NCBI GenBank assembly: GCA_015055515.1
Contig: SVIC01000002.1
Span: 2,600-66,599 of the forward strand
Source: Clostridiales bacterium
GTDB lineage: Bacteria; Bacillota; Clostridia; Christensenellales; UBA1242
Direction of reading: 5' to 3'
DNA: 64,000 nucleotides
Part shown: piece by piece, positions 62,503 to 64,000 of the stretch
Position numbering within the stretch: the first letter of the stretch is position 1
How the letters are laid out: each line of letters opens with the position of its first letter
Program-made: the position numbers and the translations under genes
Notes under the pieces: generated by a model
Told to the model about the DNA's origin: nothing
Databases searched by the model: none
Seen by the model: the letters and a program-made list of their open reading frames with translations, nothing else

Positions 62503-62706
62503 TTAATATTTGTTACCGCAACCGCAGCAGTTTAATAATAACAATAATAGTATAATACTACTACAACAATTGTCATCACCGCCAAATCCCATATTGCAGT
62601 TACCGCATAATAATAGTATTAATATTAACAAGCAGCAATCGTTGTCTTTGGCAACGTGACCGCCACCACCACAACCGCATCCGCCATGATTATTACCGAA
62701 AAACAT
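62503..62706 (-). CDS. Small Cys/Gly-rich probable spore coat or exosporium protein
   Basis: AGGAGG RBS; two CC-hydrophobic-C units; SigK-like promoter and own terminator. Confidence 0.7.
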   Translation of the reverse strand: MFFGNNHGGCGCGGGGHVAKDNDCCLLILILLLCGNCNMGFGGDDNCCSSIILLLLLLNCCGCGNKY

Positions 62707-62784
62707 CAGATGTGTCCTCCTATATGAAATTAAAAAGCACCAATTTATGTAAACAGCTGTTATATTGTTTTGCTTTTCTACTTC

Positions 62785-62812
62785 ATAATATGCAGAGTAC
62801 TAGATTTTGTGC
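62785..62812 (-). promoter_or_regulatory. SigK-type promoter
   Basis: Minus strand GCAC-16 nt-CATATTAT matches the AC-N16-CATAnnnT consensus. Confidence 0.55.
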
Positions 62813-63945
62813 TACTTATTATTAAAAAATTTTATAATTTTATTTTTAAGATTTTCTATACCTATATTTTGCTTTACAGATATAACAACTCCATCATTTA
62901 ACTTATTTTCGAAGTCAGATATATTAACCTTATCTACCTTGTTATATACTTTTATAATTGGCACAGTTGATCCTAATTTTTGCAACACATCAATAGATAC
63001 ATTCATTTGCATCTCGTAATCTGGATTAGATATATCGATAACAAGCAGTAGCAGATCGGAATATATACATTCTTCTAATGTACTACTAAATGCTTCAATA
63101 AATTCATGCGGCAGATTACTGATAAATCCAACGGTGTCGGTAAATACTATCTCTTTCCCTTTTCCCATCCATACCTTTCTGGATGTAGTATCTAGGGTCG
63201 CAAATAATTCATCTTTTGCGTATATATTATCTTTTGCAAGTAAATTTAGCAGGCTACTTTTACCACTATTAGTGTATCCTACTATAGATACTGTTGGATT
63301 GGTATTACTTTGCCTATTTTTTCTATTTAATTCTCTGTGCTTCTTTAGTTTTTCTAACTCAGCAGATTTTTTTAATATATTAGCTTCTACAACCCGCCTA
63401 TTCATCTCCAATTTGGTCTCTCCAGGTCCTCTCATGCCTACTCCACCGCCATATCTGTTGGATGTATTAACATATGATTTTAACCTAGGTAGCATATATT
63501 TCAATTGAGCCAATTCTACTTGCAGTTTACCTTCATTGGTTCGAGCGCGCTTTGCAAATATGTCTAAAATTAGCATACTTCTATCTATTACTTTTACATT
63601 TAGATAATCAGATAAATTACTTTGCTTACTGCTAGACAATTCGTTTTCAAATATAACTAAATTAGCATCTGTTTTCGCTATCAAATCTTTTAGTTCTTCC
63701 ACTTTACCAGAGCCCAATAAGAATTTTGGATCGGGAGCAATCTTGTTTTGGGTTAAAACCCCCACTACTTCTATACTATCTGTAGAACATAGACCTTTTA
63801 ATTCTTCCACTGATTCGGTCATATTAATGATTGATCGTTTGATATCTACAGCCACTAATATCGCCTTGTCTTTTTCTGACTTGGTGTCGATAAGTTTTGT
63901 AGCATTTTTCTTCTCTCTTGCGATCTTATCATTAATTTTGTCCAT
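62812..63945 (-). CDS. hflX: GTPase HflX
   Basis: GSGK..E, ILDIF..RA.T.EGKLQVELAQL.Y, RGPGE, VGYTNSGKSS, LFATLD, DTVGFI. Confidence 0.97.
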   Translation of the reverse strand: MDKINDKIAREKKNATKLIDTKSEKDKAILVAVDIKRSIINMTESVEELKGLCSTDSIEVVGVLTQNKIAPDPKFLLGSGKVEELKDLIAKTDANLVIFENELSSSKQSNLSDYLNVKVIDRSMLILDIFAKRARTNEGKLQVELAQLKYMLPRLKSYVNTSNRYGGGVGMRGPGETKLEMNRRVVEANILKKSAELEKLKKHRELNRKNRQSNTNPTVSIVGYTNSGKSSLLNLLAKDNIYAKDELFATLDTTSRKVWMGKGKEIVFTDTVGFISNLPHEFIEAFSSTLEECIYSDLLLLVIDISNPDYEMQMNVSIDVLQKLGSTVPIIKVYNKVDKVNISDFENKLNDGVVISVKQNIGIENLKNKIIKFFNNK

Positions 63946-64000
63946 TATGCCATATTTATTAATATACCCTGCATAATCATAATGCTCATTACATATTTTA

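Overview
Very AT-rich chromosomal segment from a spore-forming Clostridia-type bacterium (spoIIAA-spoIIAB-sigF, spoVAC/D/E, yunB, gpr). It is mostly housekeeping: 3' end of pnp, SRP RNA, rpmB, scpAB, asp23-fakA, mutSL-miaA, tRNA-Trp, rnhA, xer-lexA, rny, thiI-iscS-miaB, class A PBP, degV, lysS, rpsT, yajC-tgt-queA-ruvBAC, mfd-pth, rlmH, engB and hflX. Gene orientation converges near 28 kb (about 21 of 31 genes on + to the left, 27 of 31 on - to the right). A difSL/difH-like 11-6-11 palindrome at 28264-28291 lies 1.2 kb from a tyrosine recombinase, so the window probably spans the replication terminus. No prophage, IS or CRISPR array was seen. The most unusual part is the terminus neighbourhood: an orphan CdnE-like cGAS/DncV nucleotidyltransferase homologue with an erased active site, a PadR-type winged helix tied to a membrane domain through a long acidic linker, clustered TACTATGCA repeats and extra dif-like half sites. 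Other oddities are an apparent GlmU pseudoenzyme, a degenerate ABC ATPase, a HEPN-like/CBS fusion, a coiled-coil protein with exact 67-aa repeats, a Cys-repeat lipoprotein and a tRNA-Trp with a 4-bp anticodon stem. All family calls are by eye from motifs; no database searches were run.
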